Positions 11,554-24,752 of a DNA stretch of 64,000 bases are shown here, piece after piece; positions within the stretch are counted from its first letter, which is position 1; each line of letters opens with the position of its first letter. The DNA is from Octopus sinensis. Lineage: Eukaryota. Under the pieces are notes generated by a model. The model was not told the origin of the DNA and did no database searches. It saw only the letters and a program-made list of their open reading frames with translations. The position numbers and the translations under genes are program-made. The stretch is taken from contig NW_021832432.1 of the NCBI RefSeq assembly GCF_006345805.1, forward strand, positions 1-64,000, written 5' to 3'.

Positions 11554-13370
11554 GTTACACATTCAAATTTGTAGAATGAATTCAAAAGAAAAGGCAACCC
11601 GTCTGCTTAGAAAAACTTACTAGCACACTACAACACCATCCTACTGACATGATGTGTTCTTCTGTATCATCTACAGCTATCACTTCGGTTCCGGCTCTTT
11701 TAAACTAGTTATCTGTGTACCATCATCACCCTACAAGTATCCTGTTCTCCCATCTCTCGCTCTCCATTCTTTTCTGTTCTTTCATTTCCAAAACCAGACA
11801 GTAAACACTTCTCTAAACCCTAATCCCCAGAAATGCAACTTCTTGAACTCCCTTCCTGTCCCACGATTTTTCCCCCACAGAGGGGACGAACAAGGACAGA
11901 CAAACGGATTAAGTCGATTATATCGACCCCCCAGTGCGTAACTGGCACTTATTTAAGTCGAAATTGCAGCTGAGTATCAAACTTGACCTCACCAGTCTGG
12001 ATATAATGTCTCCTAGGAATAAATGCAGAAAAGAAAATCTCCAGTTATTGCAGTACTTACTTCAGTTCTTTGTGACCTCATTCAATTATGGTTTCGCTCA
12101 CGTTATAATGGCATCGACTGAAGCAGAAAAGGTGCAATGATTAAGCAAAATTCAATGAATTCGATTATAAGCAGTTTGAAATGACGCAATGATACGAACA
12201 AATAAGCAAACTTTACGGTTCAGTACTTCACTATAAGCCGTACTATCAACTTAGATATATGGTCGGCTAACGTACCTAATACCTCTCACTTGCAATGTCT
12301 GTCTTCTTTTTTTACGTTTTAATTTTTAATAAAACAAAAAATATACTGTTAATTTTCAGCATGGCTGACCGGTGTGGAAGAAAGACCAGGAGGTGTAATC
12401 AATATACATTCTTGTCATGAAAATGGCACAAACGATTCCAGTGACCCGTCAATGTTAATAATTTCTTTTTAAATCACCTCAGAGCTCTAATTCACATTCC
12501 GTAACTAACAAGATTCTAACATTGCAACGCAGGTTAAACATTTTAATATGAATATACACGAGGTGGGTATATATTGCTAAAAATATCAAGCTTAATAGCT
12601 AAAATTATATATAATCTACGTGAAAAATCTACACCCCGCATATATTCACACGCATATATACACATAGACACACATACACGAAAAAAGAAAGAAACAAAAA
12701 CTTTTGGCTTTCTCCATTAAAGTAGGAAACAGTTTAAAATAGAGGAAAATCGATTCCTTTGATTCCGTTTAAATATAAAATCAATAATTGCTGGAATCTT
12801 CGTGAAAACTTGAAATATTTCGTGTTTATCACTTGATTGTTCTATAGTAAACAATGCAGGTTTGGTAATGTTGTGCTGTGACCTTACTGAGGACGCCGTA
12901 GCGTAACAGTCACACACTTGGGAAAGCTAAGACGGCCTCACAGTTTCAAAGCATTTCGCTTCTTCGCTTACACTAGTGGTTCACAACCTGGAATCACATA
13001 CTACATATGAGTATGAGAAAGGAAAAAGATGGGAAGAGGGAGAGATTCAAAGTACCAATACTGAGTAAGTTATGAATGAATATAAGGAGTCTTTCAATGA
13101 CGTATCTACTCACCCTTAATGTAATTAATGCTTAATGCTTCGAGCGTGAATATTTTATTGAGGTTGTATTTCATCATCTCCCCACTTTTGGTTATTCGCC
13201 AGTACTCAGCTGGTATTATCTTTATCGATCCCGAAAGGACAAAATAAAAAAAAAAGAAAAGCCTTGTTGACATGTGCAGAATTTGAACCCAGAACGCAGA
13301 AGACCAAACAAATACGTATCGCATTTTACGTGACGCTTTAACGTATAGAAGGTATACACTTATCGTAATT

Positions 13371-13593
13371 GAAGGCGGTGAGCTGGCAGAAACGTTAGCG
13401 CGCCGGGCAGAAACGTTAGCGCGCCGTTACGCTCTGAGTTCAAATTCCGCCGAGGTCGACTTTACCTTTCATCCTTTCGGGGTCGATTAAATAAGTACAG
13501 TTACGCACTGGGGTCGATATGATCGACTTAATCCGTTTTTCTGTCCTTGTTCGTCCTCTCTGTGCTTAGCCCCTTGTGGGTAGTAAAGAAATA
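13371..13593 (+). mobile_element. SINE family B with 20-bp target-site duplication
   Basis: GGTATACACTTATCGTAATT at 13351-13370 and 13594-13613. Confidence 0.93.
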
Positions 13594-14934
13594 GGTATAC
13601 ACTTATCGTAATTATTCTGTGACGAATATTTTTTGATGATTACGAAACTGAGAACATTCAGAAGATAAAGCGTTTAGGATTTAATAATTCTGATAACAAT
13701 AACCGGTTACAACATTATCTCTGATTATATTAAGCGGTTTCTACTGCATTCTTTCTGCTGTGGCCTGACACAAGCATGCTAAGAAACCATGTGCTCACGT
13801 GAACAGCCATCCGCCTACACACAGACACATACACACACACATTCATAAATATGCAAACACAGTGTTTAGGAGATACACATACATCTAACGATATGAAGTG
13901 ATAACAGGCGAACCAATGGGTACGCTTCTACATGGCCGCTCAGTCTATTAGAAATCGCATCTAAATTTCCTTCAAATCATACCCCTAAAGTCTTAAAAAA
14001 AAGGACTCGTTGGACAATGAGGTCATTGGTTCCTTGCACATTGGTGAAAAAAGCAGGGCCTCGATTAGAATACCTTTAATCATAAGTTTTTTTCATCGGA
14101 GCGGACCTAGTGCTAGACCACAAAAACAATAACAGCAACTGATAACACTCTAGCGTATATCTATTATGACGTCATGGAGCAGGATTCAGAGACTGCCTAG
14201 TTATCGGTGCATGGATAACACATAGGCTTTCTCACGCATATACAGATAGATGTGTGGTAAGAAGCTTACTTCCCAAATAACTGGGTTCCGGTTCGGTCCC
14301 ACTGCGTGGCACCTCGATACTTTCCTGGGGTGATGGGGGTTCTTCTCTGAAGAACTCAAACAAAAGTGGCTACCCAAGGACAAAAACCGTGTTACACTGT
14401 GTTATAATAGTATTTCATCATGCAGGCTTTTCAATAAACCAAAAAGCCCAACACCAACGCCATCCCACTTTCTTCATCTTAAGTCCAGTGATGAAAGAGA
14501 AAGAGGTGACGAAGACAGGTAGAAGATGTTCCTGGAAGTCTTCATCTTGGACCCTAGACACAGGCGGTCATAGACTTATGACTTACTTGGAGTTGTGTCT
14601 TGCTGAACCTTTATTCGTCGAAGCGACGAGAAACTCCAGATAAGTAGCTTAGTTATTACGTTAAACACTCACAAAGCAATCCTCGTGGAGAATCAAAGTG
14701 ATAATCTGGGGGATAACTCTGACACTTTGAACTGAAAATAAAACCCATTACACAAGCTTCTACACAGTTGTCGTCTCCCCAGTTTTACTCACAGTTTTAC
14801 TCGAACCAAGGCCATGAAAAAAAAAGACATTTGGCTAAGACGAGATGCCACCTAGTGGGATAAAGATCACGTGATTGCGAAGCAAACTTCTTACCTTTTC
14901 CTTTGCTGCATCCATTTTCGTATAGAAGCACATG

Positions 14935-15105
14935 CATACACACACACACACACACACATACATACATACATACATACATACATACATACATACATACAAA
15001 CAAACATACATACATACATACATACATACATACAAACAAACAAACATACATACATACATACATACATACATACATACAAACATACATACATACATACATA
15101 TACAC
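14935..15105. repeat. (CA)n/(CATA)n microsatellite
   Basis: Direct reading. Confidence 0.95.
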
Positions 15106-15262
15106 TCACACATACCCAACATATACTTTCACTCCATTTACACATAAAGGCACTTTACATCAACATTCGCATACATATGATATACGTATATATATGCACA
15201 ACCAAATAAACATTTGTATATGTTTGCAAAACACCTGCAAACACAAACGTGTATATACATAC

Positions 15263-16140
15263 AGTGGGCCTTAAAATGAACCGCATGAAAACGAAATGTA
15301 TGCTGTCTGAAAACGTAGCAAAAAGCCGAATGGTGGTAGGGAAGCGAAGAAAGCGAGGAGATAAAAGAGAACATCAATTTGGGAACACTGTGAGTGGAAG
15401 CACGCCGTCGGTTACGACGATGAGGGTTCCGGTTGATCCGAATCAACGGAACAGCCTGCTCGTGAAATTAACGTGTAAGTGGCTGAGCACTCCACAGACA
15501 CGTGCACCCTTAACGTAGTTCTCGGGGATATTCAGCGTGACACAGAGAGTGACTAGGTCGGCCCCTTGAAATACAGGTACAACAAAAACAGGAAGTAAGA
15601 GTGAGAGAAAGTTGTGGTGAAAGAGCACAGCAGGGATCACCACCATCCCCTGCCGGAGCCTCGTGGAGCTTTTAGGTGTTTTCGCTCAATAAACACTCAC
15701 AACGCCCGGTCTGGGAATCGAAACCGCGATCCTAACCACTGGGCCATTGCGCCTCCTGGGAACACTACGAATATATACTGAGACATGGATGCTGAAATCT
15801 CGAGGAGAATAAAATTAGGATGGAAGGCTTTACCTCAATGCAAGGCCAGAACAAGAATCTACGTGCCAGTCTCTTTAATAGCATTGTCTCTCCTGGGCTC
15901 TTATACATCAGTGTTACGTGGGATACTACAAAGAAAGAAGAAAACTAACTGGCTACGAAGAAAAGGGCCATGGAAAGATCCATGCTAGGAGTAGCATTGT
16001 TGAAGCTTATATGAAATGAGGTAATTTGAGAAGGGGGTGAAATGAACGACGTGATCGCAAAACATCAAAAGCACTAATTCTGCTGGGCGGACATAAGGAA
16101 AGGTTTACAGACAACAGGTGGGCCCGTGCAGTTGCTGAGT
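15263..16140 (+). pseudogene. RTE-clade LINE RT C-terminal relic, interrupted by a SINE
   Basis: VGLKMNRMKTKCM, MDAEISRRIKLGWKA and TWDTTKKEEN*LATKKRAMERSMLGV match RTE ORF motifs (GLxINxxKTKxM, EIxxRI, QRAMERSMLG). Confidence 0.8.
15395..15756 (-). mobile_element. SINE family C, tail alpha, inserted in RTE relic
   Basis: Near-identical to 32239-32625 apart from a 22-nt head deletion; TGGGAACACT duplicated at 15380-15389 and 15757-15766. Confidence 0.92.
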
Positions 16141-16148
16141 AGTATACC

Positions 16149-16376
16149 TATTTCTTTACTACCCACAAGGGGCTAAACACAGAGGGGACAAACAAGGACA
16201 GACAAACGGATTAAGTCGATTTTATCGACCCCAGTGCGTAACTGGTACTTAATTTATCGACCCCGAAAGGATGAAAGGCAAAGTTGACCTCGGCGGAATT
16301 TGAACTCAGAACGTAAGAGCAGACGAAATACGGCTACGCATTTCACCCTGCGTGCTAATGTTTCTGCCAGCTCACC
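16149..16376 (-). mobile_element. SINE family B
   Basis: Reverse complement of family B consensus. Confidence 0.88.
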
Positions 16377-16700
16377 AAGGTTTAATACTTAGTTTTGTTT
16401 TTGTTTTTTTCTTGTGTAAAAAAAAAAAGAATAATGTTTTTAGAGAAGCAAATACTCGGCGAGCGTTTTTTGTCTTCTATCAATATCATCCTTTTTTCAT
16501 CTTTCATCTCATCAATGTTTTTGTCCAGCCCGCAAGCTACTCTGTGTCACGCTCTTTATGGCAAAATTTTTAAATAGAGTAGTATATAAGAGGTCGGATA
16601 AGATCCCTCGGAAAGCCTCCACAACGTTGAGAAGATGATTTTTGTAAAAGTATTTGGGCCAAGATGGAAAAGAATGGCGCGATCAAGAAAGAATTGAAAA

Positions 16701-17101
16701 GGCGGCGGGCTGGCCGAAACGTTAGCACGCCGGGCGAAATGCTTAGCGGTATTTCGTCTGCCTTTACGTTCTGAGTTCAAATTCCGCCGAGGTCGACTTT
16801 GCCTTTCATTCTTTCTGGGATCGATATAATCGACTTAATCCGTCTGTCTGTCCTTGTTTGTCTCCTCTGTGTTTAGCCCCTTGTGGGTCGTAAAGAAATA
16901 GGTATTTCATCTGTCTTTACGTTCTGAGTTCAAATTCTGCCGAGGTCGACTTTGCCTTTCATCCTTTCGGGGTCGATAAATTAAGTACCCCCAGAGTTCA
17001 ACTGGTACTTATTTTATTGGCGGAATTTGAACTCAGAAGACAGGCGAAATGGTGCTAAGCATTTTGCCCTGCGTGCTAACGATTCTGCCAGCTCGCTGCC
17101 T
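16701..17101. mobile_element. Tail-to-tail pair of family B SINEs (+ composite 16701-16988; - fragment 16990-17101)
   Basis: Direct sequence match on both strands. Confidence 0.85.
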
Positions 17102-17439
17102 TCCGTATCTATTACAATATTAAGTAATAAACTGTGATAGATGATGGTTTTTAAGTGTTATTTCTAGCAAATGGAACAACCATGAAGGGTCTCTCTCTTA
17201 AACAGTGAGCCACAGAACATACTCCTCAAACTTCATAACTCCTCACTCTCAACGGGGATATACCATGACATTTGGAAGCAGCTTCAGAGTGTGTCCTGTT
17301 TAAAGGAAAGCAGTCCCTCCGACCAAGCGAGCTAATGTCCCATTGCTCCAGCTTTTCCATATTAATGAAGACAGCCGCTAACAACAATGTCTCCCATCAC
17401 TTTAAATCTCTGTCTGTATGCTTGTCTGTCCGTCCGTCC

Positions 17440-17503
<64 letters not shown>

Positions 17504-18556
17504 GGCTCAGCTGGAGCTGGTGTTTGTCTCTGTGATAGTTAATGTTTCTTAGCAACTGTGTAATTCCCTGTTGCTTCAAGTATTTGTTCACATCTTAACT
17601 GGTGAAGAATTGTAGCATAGTAGGTTTCCATACTATTATGAAATTACTTTCCAATGACCTTATTTTGCTTTCCAGGGTTTCCCTTGAGATCAGACATTAT
17701 AAGTTTTACATCAGGTAGCTTAGTATCCTCACTGATAAGAATTTCGCTGCACAATCCTCGTTTTCTGTTAGTCGTTCCTTTCAAAACAGATGTAAGGTTT
17801 TTCAGTAATCCTCATAGAACAATGTACGGTAAATTTTCACGTCGGAGGCTCCAAAACAAAATTTCCTCTCACATTGAGTTGTATGACTTTATCATGGTTA
17901 TTGTTCTTGCTTTTTTTTATATTATGATTAGCGATTTTGAAATATTTCATTAATTTTCGTTTTCCTTTGGGGGAGGGGGTTCTTTCTTTCTTCCTTTGTT
18001 TTTGTTTTTTTGCGGTACGGTAGCTTTAAATTTCTTATCAAAAGGTCAAATGTTTTTTGGGGTTTTTTTGCTTCGTTTTCGCACCGGCACTGAAATTGGC
18101 TTTTAATATCAGATTCAAATTTTGGCTCAAGGCCTGCAATTTCGGGGGAGGGGCTAAGTCGATTACATCGACTCCAGTACCCAACTGGTTCTTATTTTAT
18201 CGACCCCAAGAAGATGAAAAACAAAGTCGACCTCGGAGAAATAAATCGGATTCTTTAATATTCATTTGACATTTCCATTTAGCTTCCGCCCAGACTATCT
18301 GTCTTTGTCTGTCGGTGGTGTGTGCGCATTCAGCTGTATAGTATCTTGGTATATTGGTATGTATGTGTACATATATGTGTAGGAGTCGCATATAAATGTT
18401 TACGTATGTGAATCCCAATATGTGTGTTTGTTTCAGTGTCTGCCTGCGCGTGTAAATGTGTACAGTACTTGAGTGTGCATGTGGCGTGTGTATATGTGAG
18501 ATATGTGAATGTCTATATCGGAACATGCATAGGTATGATTGAGTGTGTGTGTGTGC

Positions 18557-18592
<36 letters not shown>

Positions 18593-18896
18593 ATCTGGTG
18601 TTAATGACTTGATATTGAGAAAAATAAGTGTTTGAGAAAACAAAAAATTGTGAGAAAAATTACGTGTTAGAGATATTTATATGAAATATATTTACATAAA
18701 AGTTACGTTTGAGAAAAATTTACTTAGCAAATTATGGAACACATGAATTCATTTACTCTATTTAAGTATGTATACTTAGTCTAGCTTTGCGCTAAAACGA
18801 TTTTACATCGCCTGACCAACTTGAAATAGCAGCAAAATCGTGAAAAAATGGGAAGGACTAACCGGATCATGTAGCCTTAATTATATTCTTTACAGT

Positions 18897-19131
18897 CAAA
18901 AGCGGCGAGCTGGCAGAAACGTTAGCGCGCTGGGTGAAATGCTTAGCGGTATTTCGTCTGTCGTTACGTTGTGAGTTCAAATTCTGCCGAGGTCGACTTT
19001 GCCTTTCATCCTTTCGGGGTCGATAAATTAAGTACCAGTTACGCACTGGAGTCGATGTAGTCGACTTAATCCCTTTGTCTGTCCTTGTTTGTCCCCTCTG
19101 TGTTTAGCCCCTTGTGGGTAGTAAAGAAATA
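18897..19131 (+). mobile_element. SINE family B with 15-bp TSD
   Basis: TATATTCTTTACAGT at 18882-18896 and 19132-19146. Confidence 0.92.
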
Positions 19132-19199
19132 TATATTCTTTACAGTTTGAATGCTTTTGACCATAGGTCTGATAAATCAGAGTACAGCTTAGTCTAAAC

Positions 19200-19707
19200 C
19201 AGTGGTTCTCAACCGAGGTCCGTATGGGCCTTGAGGGTCCGTATAAAATTTTTGGGTGTCTACGCCACAAAACAGTAAATTGGGGATCCACAATAGCATT
19301 TTAAGGATCCCTGAAAAAGATTATGCTTTAGATGTATGTATTCGTATGTATCTCAAGAAACAACTTGCTTTCTTTCTTGAACATTTTACATAGACTAACC
19401 TACACAAGTTAATGTGTGAAAAACAAAATAGGAACTCTGTAGAAAGTTTCCATAAAACTAGTTTTATAGAGATACAACACGTAATTTTGTCAGTGAACGG
19501 GTCGCGGTCTCAAAGCGACGAAAATATTTTGGCAAATTAAATTTAAATGTTGAAGTGAATCTAATGGTTTTTTGTGTGTTTCTTAAATGGCTTATAAACA
19601 CCTTCCACGCTGCAATAGTTTTTAAACATCGAATGTTTATGGGGTCAACAATAATAAAATTGTAATCAAAGGGGTTCATAAATTTAAAAAATGGTTGAGA
19701 AACCCTG
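19200..19707. mobile_element. hAT (Charlie/Buster-type) MITE
   Basis: TIRs CAGTGGTTCTCAACC / GGTTGAGAAACCCTG; 8-bp TSD GTCTAAAC / GGCTAAAC with central TA. Confidence 0.85.
19486..19536 (+). ncRNA. Hammerhead-like motif, G3-C8 family, decayed (A9G)
   Basis: TTTGTCA-GTGAACG-g-GTCGC(ggtctcaaa)GCGAC-GAAA-ATAT-TT-TGGCAAA. Confidence 0.65.
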
Positions 19708-19865
19708 GGCTAAACAATATATATACTTTATAGTAAGTCTTTTCATAGATCTGACCGTGGAAAGGCATTAATAGATGACGAGTATTCAACAACCGCGGTA
19801 TAGTTACTTCAGCTCATTGAAACATACGTTAGGATTTCATATGTTATGTTATTTTCTTCATATAT

Positions 19866-20285
19866 TGGCACAAGGCCAGCATTTTCGTGGAAGAGTGTAA
19901 GTCGACCCCCAATGCTCAGCTGGTACTTATTTTATCGATCCGCAAAGATGAAAAGCAAACTCGAACTCTAAGGAATTTGAACTCAGAACGTAAAGACAAA
20001 CGAAACACCGCTACGCATTTTGCTCGGTACGCTAACGATTCTGCCATCTCGTTACCTATTATTATCTTTATTTTGATTTCAAATTTTGGCACAAGGCTAG
20101 TATTTTCGGTGGGGGGTGGAAAGTAATGTAATCGACATCCCCCCCACTATGCGCAACTGGTGCTTATTTTATCGACCTGCAAGGATGAAAGGCAAAGTCG
20201 AACTCCGTGGAATTTGAACTCTGAACATAAAGACAGATGAAATGCCGTTAAACATCTTGCTCGGCACACTAACAGTTCACCCATC
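19866..20285 (-). mobile_element. Two diverged family B SINE copies with alternative tail
   Basis: Reverse-complement matches at 19866-20050 and 20080-20285. Confidence 0.75.
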
Positions 20286-20382
20286 TTACTAACTTTATTT
20301 TATTTATATTAGAAAGGGAATTCTCAGCTAGACCGAAGCAGTTTAGAAATTTATTTTCCTCGCCCATTAATATATCAATAAC

Positions 20383-20456
<74 letters not shown>

Positions 20457-20773
20457 TGTGTGTGTGTGCGTGCGTGTGTGTACGTTTCGATCAGATAAAG
20501 AACGTCTCTCGAGCATTACAATGTACAGTTATATTAAGACAATCAACAGTCCATGGCTAATGGCAATGAAATAATTTACTTCCGTTTACTTGGCTGATGA
20601 CCAACTCTTATATTAAAACAATAACTAAGAACACATAACTAACGAATGACAAACAGGTAGGCGTACTGACGTATTGTTAAAGTGAGCTACGGAGAATCCG
20701 AGGATGCCTCCCAATTTCCTCATTACAAATGTTTTATTTCACTGACCCAGATAAAAAGAACTTCAGGATACTA

Positions 20774-22022
20774 TTAGTTCGTCAAGTATGAATTTTGTAG
20801 AAAAGAATAAAAAAAGTTTGCTAATGTTTTATAAATGCAAAGAATAGTTTTATTCATCAAAGTAGGCGTCCATATTGTCAATACACTTTAGCCATTTCAG
20901 CGGTAGCTTGTCCAGCCTGGAACTGTAAAAGCCTGACAATCTAGAGTCAATAAAATCTTGGAAGGCCTGTTTTACAACATCGTCGGAATTAAAAATTTTT
21001 CCCATCAAAAAGTTATCCAAATTCTGGAAGAATTTGAGTCAGTGGGGGCAAGATCAGGTGAGTATGATGGATGATGGGGAACTTCCAACTCCAGCTACTG
21101 TAGTTTCGCCAATGTCATTTTTGCTATATGTGGTCTGGCGTTGTCTTGCAATAAAATAGGGCTGGATCTGTTGACTAATCTAGGCTGGGTTTTTTTTTTG
21201 TAAGTTTCTGCATCATTTGGTCCAGTTGGCTGCAGTATACTTCGGTCGTGATTGATGAGTCAGGTTTAATAAAATAATAGTGGATTACACCTGCGCGAGA
21301 CCACCAAACACACACTGTCAGTTTCTTTTGATAAATTTTGCTTTTTGGAATGTGTTTTGGTGGCTCGTCTTAGTCCAATCATTGTTGTATTGGATCCATT
21401 TCTCATCACATTACAATTCGATTCAAAAATTATTCATTTTTGTGACGAGAAAGTAGCATAATTTGCTGTTTCTGATTTTCATTGAGTTCATGTGGAACCC
21501 ACTTATCCAACTTTTTCACTTTACCGATTTGAACTAGGTGAGTCAATATTGTTTGCTTGCTAACACCAAATAACAACGATAATTCACGGGCACTTTGAAA
21601 TGGATCTGACACGACGGTGGCTTTCAGTTCGTCATTATCCACGTTTGTTTCTGGTCGACCGCGTTGCTCATTTGTGAGGTCAAAGTTACCAGAACGAAAT
21701 TTTGCAAGCAATTTGTGTAATAACACTAGAATGAAATACTATATTAATATTCCGAGCTGTCTGAGATGCTGTATTTCCAAGAAAGAACTCATATTTCAAA
21801 ATTGTACGAATTTCCAACTTGGATAAGTTGGAAATTCGTACAAAAATAGCAAAAAATGATTTATAAATACTTTATAAAGCGAAAATGAGTTAGAATAAAG
21901 AAATAGATGTGTCAGTTTTCTAACAAAAAATAAAGATTGTCAAAATATAATAATGGCACGAAATGAGCAGCTGTCAAAATTTACCATATACTTTACAACA
22001 AATTTCATACTTGACGACCTAA
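20774..22022 (-). mobile_element. Full-length decayed mariner (D,D34D) transposon, 1249 bp
   Basis: TIRs TTAGTTCGTCAAGTATGAATTT / revcomp TTAGGTCGTCAAGTATGAAATTT; TA on both sides; WVPHEL (21484-21501), DEKW, QDNARPH, YSPDLAPTD; frameshifts and stops. Confidence 0.95.
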
Positions 22023-22299
22023 TACAACTTTAATGATTGATGATATTTCATCATTGACACTGGCACATTATTTCTAACAAAGATATTTCTCTAATTAAAC
22101 CATTTTTTAGATTGTAATTAGGCATCGTGAAGTAATTGCGGTCCGTTGATATAAAGATAGCATTCATAATATTGTGTTATTTTACTATTAACAACACAAT
22201 ATTAGTATCGAGTTATTTTTCAGTGCTGGGTTTAAATTTGTATTTCAGTTGCAAATCTTCGACAAACCTCAGATGCAGCTAATATTTATGTAATGTTCA

Positions 22300-22525
22300 C
22301 GTTTCTGTGATTGTAGAGTTCTTACACATAGAAGAATCTAAGACCACGTTCAAAAGAAAGCCATCTCTCAACAGACATTAGCTAAAAACTTAATGTTCCT
22401 TATTTCTACCATTCTTACCATAACTACAATATCCTCTCTTCTGCTCGTTATTTCTACTGCCTTACTCAAATCAGATCCGAAGCTAAACACATTAGCACCT
22501 ACGACCCTTATTTCTTCATAGCCTC
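22300..22525 (-). pseudogene. Possible L1/Tx1-type APE endonuclease relic
   Basis: SDLSKAVEITSRREDIVVMVRMVEIRNIKFLANVC resembles the strand preceding the NxYAP motif. Confidence 0.3.
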
Positions 22526-22529
22526 CAAA

Positions 22530-22765
22530 GGTGCGTGGCTTAGTGGTCAGGATGTTGGACTCATGATCGTAAGATTGTGGTTTCGATTCCTGGACCGGGC
22601 GATGCGCTGTGCTTTTGGCAAAACAATCCATTTCAAGTTGCTCCAGTCCACTCAGCTGACAAAAATTAGTAATCTTGAGACGCGACGGACCGGTGTCCTG
22701 ACCGGGTGAGGAATATATATACGCCATAGAAACCAGGAAACTGGCTCTTATGAGTCGGTATGACT
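22530..22765 (+). mobile_element. CORE-type SINE family D, gamma-like tail
   Basis: Matches 35847-36074. Confidence 0.8.
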
Positions 22766-23329
22766 CGAGAAAGAAACTTTACCTTTTTTACCATAGTCTC
22801 CAAAACGGATGGGATGAAGGGAGAAAAGTTATCCTCAAACCAAAGACCTGGCCCGATTGCTTGCAACAGAGTGGACTCTAATAAAGTTGCCCATAGATCA
22901 TACAGTGATGTCAAACTGTGGACTAAACAAACAGAGCAAGACATCCTGTCGGACGATCTAACAATTCAGCCAATCAACCGACCCCATCTATTTTATCAAT
23001 TCTGAAAAGTTAAAAATGAAAGTTTACCCGACAACATTTGAAACTCAGCGCAGAGAGACGAGAGAAACACTGCAATATGTTTTTGTCCTTAGCTTTAATG
23101 ACTCTGCCACTTGATCACCTAATCATTCTCCCTTGGAACTGAAACTATCTAGAAATATTATCTCTGTCCATATTTTTCCAGCAGGCACCAACCAACAGAA
23201 ATTCAAACTAAAGACCAAGCTAATATCACTTGCGACTCTAAAGATCAAAGATCAAATCCTCTTCCGATTTAACAATTTTTAAAATTTATACATTAAACCC
23301 ATCAAATACAGATAAAGAATTTTTATACA

Positions 23330-24085
23330 CATTATTTACATTGAGAGATATTTGTCCTCATCTTGTTTGTTGTTAACACAACCTTCGGCTGATATACCCT
23401 CCAGCCTTCATCAGGTGTCTTGGGGAAATTTCAAACCTGGGTTCTCATTCCTAAGGTATTTTCCGATGTTGTTGTTATTATTATTAACTCGGAATCTTGG
23501 GGTAAGTAGCTCGCGCTCTTAACCACTACGCCATATGCCCATGGGCATTTATTGAGTGAATTTTAGGGCTTATAAGTCTAATATTTTTCTATCCTTCCTT
23601 AATACCAGTTCCCATATGCTGCTTATATCTGCACTCAGTCTGCTTAGGAGGTTGTTGTGTCCTAGCATATGTGCTGCTTTTTTTAGTTTTCATATTTTCC
23701 AGTGGTGTTCTCTGTCTATTATTTTAACTTCATCCTACAGGATTCCATCTTTCCATATATGATCAGCTATACCCGATTTATCAATATCTCCTCGTGTCAC
23801 AGCTTTGCGATGTTCGTCTACCCTTATTTTGAGGGGGCGGCATGTCTTGCCTTTGTATAATCTACCACAGCTACATGGGATGGAGTACACACAGTCTTTG
23901 GTCATATTCTCTTCTGTTGGTGGTTTTACTAGAAGGAGATATTTGCAAAGTGTTGTATTACTCTTGAATACTGTCCTGATGTCATATGGGCCGCATATCT
24001 TTTGTATCTTTTCGGAGAGGCCTTTCACATAGGGTAGACAGAATTTGGACAGTTTATTGGTCTTATCCTCTCTCTTCTTCATAAT
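23330..24085 (-). mobile_element. Penelope-like element 3' part: GIY-YIG ORF end, tRNA-like segment, pseudo-LTR
   Basis: LPYVKGLSEKI...CVYSIPCSCGRLYKGKTCRPLKIRVDEHRK...SGIADHIW; continues by frameshift WDEVKIIDREHHWK. Confidence 0.9.
23372..23419 (-). ncRNA. Minimal type-I hammerhead ribozyme motif, decayed
   Basis: Minus strand GACAC-CTGATGA-a-GGCTG(gagggtatat)CAGCC-GAAG-GTT-GTGTT; GAAAC corrupted to GAAG. Confidence 0.7.
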
Positions 24086-24752
24086 TGGGTTAGGGTTATG
24101 TAACGAAATGAAAAAGTAAATAAAACAAAACATATTTTCTGCCAAGATGATTTACGATTGGGTAAATAATGATATTTAGAAATTTTCATGTTTCTAAAAT
24201 GGAGGGGTTAGATATTAATTTTCATTAATATTTTCGTAATTTTTTAATCGAAAAATATAAAATATAATTAATCGGCAATACGTTCACAGATTATTTTGTG
24301 ATTGAAAGAAGATATTAAAAATAAGGGGGAAAATAAAATTTAGCAATATTATTTTGCTATATAAATTCATAGCAATGCCAGCATGTATTCAACTACACTA
24401 AACATATATGTACGCAAACATCTATTTTTCGATAAATAAACGGAATTTAATAATTTCATTTATTACTCATTTCTTCTTCGTCTCTCACTTTCACCCTCTC
24501 ATGTTCAATGACACGTTCTTAAATTAATTAATATGTGTATAAGAAACACTTGTGTTTATTGCCTGTACTACACTCATAAATCCGTTTAAATTATATTTAA
24601 TTTCTTAGTCACTCCGTCCAACATTCTAAAGGCTTCCATAGTTTTTACACAGAGAAATTTGTGTCCACACTATTTTACTTCCGTTTCGGCCCTCCCTTGA
24701 CCTCGATCGTTTTCTGCTGACCCTACTTTAAAATTATATATATATACAGGAA

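Noticed and set aside
12880-12915. CTGAGGA-CGC(cgta)GCG as a hammerhead
   Set aside because: No GAAA and no cleavage triplet with matching stem I
14389-14643. 84-aa ORF in unique-looking sequence
   Set aside because: No motif, no start context, no splice support
24087-24098. GGGTTAGGGTT telomere-like repeat at the PLE truncation point
   Set aside because: Only two units; expected by chance
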